Source: Felis catus
Taxonomy: Eukaryota
Direction: 5' to 3'
DNA length: 64,000 nucleotides
Assembly: GCF_018350175.1 (NCBI RefSeq)
Contig: NC_058368.1
Span: forward strand, 15,502,001-15,566,000
The notes below the pieces were generated by a model. That model was not told where the DNA came from. It ran no database searches and saw only the letters and a list, made by a program, of their open reading frames with translations. Below, piece after piece: positions 63,329 through 64,000 of this stretch (position 1 is its first letter; every line of letters starts with the position of its first letter). The position numbers and the translations under genes were made by a program.

Positions 63329-64000
63329 AAAAAAGAGATGATCTAGTTAGAAAGCACTGGTCAGTGTATATGGTAAAAAAGCAGTATCTATCCTCTGTCC
63401 TGCCATCTCTTCAGTTTTACTAGAGCCAATGCTGAGACCTATTATCAGTCATTACCCAATCCTGTCTGTAGGATTTCCTAATTCAGTCATGAATATAAGC
63501 ATAGAGTTTAGGTACCGGGAAAGAAGTGGTATAAGTGAAAATGAAATTTGTTTCCAATGAAATAAAGGCTTTACAGCACACTCAATATAAAATGAAGTAC
63601 CCTTCTCCCAACATATATTCAACAAGCGCTGGCTGATATTTTCCTTACCTGGGGTAGATGGTTCTCATTCCCTTTCTACACAGCAGAGCCTATTAGACTA
63701 GCCAATTCTTTCTAAATTCTACCCCTTGAGAATTACAAAGAATGTTAGTAAATGCTACAAGAGAAACAAAATCTGTAATTAACCAAAAAGTTCAAAAAGA
63801 CCCTGGCTTAAAGAAAATGATTAGAATGATTTGTTTGCTACCAGTTTTTCACACTCCCTTAATATGCTAATGTGAATAGAGAATCTCCAAAAAAGGGATT
63901 AATATGAACTGTTTTCCAAACTTTTTTGGCACCTTTTTTTTCTCAAAGCATCTTGGGGAGAAAATGTCTTTTTCTCTTTACCTGTGTCAGAAAAGGCACC

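Noticed and set aside
1..64000. tRNA genes, CRISPR arrays or a prokaryote-type system
   Set aside because: tRNA-like boxes all belong to Can-SINE heads; no repeat-spacer array or operon structure is present

Overview
Mammalian genomic DNA, almost certainly from a felid (about 19 tRNA-derived Can-SINEs of SINEC_Fc type plus a carnivore/felid-type L1). There is one protein-coding gene, the terminal coding exon of SERTM1 on the + strand: acceptor AG at 8621-8622, 107-aa CDS at 8816-9139, and a 3' UTR probably running to about 11245. Bases 1-8622 are inferred to be its intron. The remaining ~52 kb is intergenic and full of repeats: L2, MIR, old L1M pieces, MER5A/MER33 DNA elements, a decayed Charlie/hAT transposase, ERVL internal sequence plus LTRs, a probable unassigned solo LTR, a 5'-inverted L1 nested in an older L1, and a heavily decayed GAPDH processed pseudogene. 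Apart from SERTM1, the listed ORFs look like chance or repeat-derived frames. I see no convincing new multi-gene system. The best leads are three uORFs on SERTM1 (one overlapping the start codon), a twin-primed L1 missing its whole RT domain, an unexplained perfect 18-bp repeat in an ancient ERVL cluster, a head-to-head SINE pair 34 bp apart, a strong CTCF motif, and possible orthology of the GAPDH pseudogene with a human one. Boundaries of old repeats were judged by eye and are approximate.
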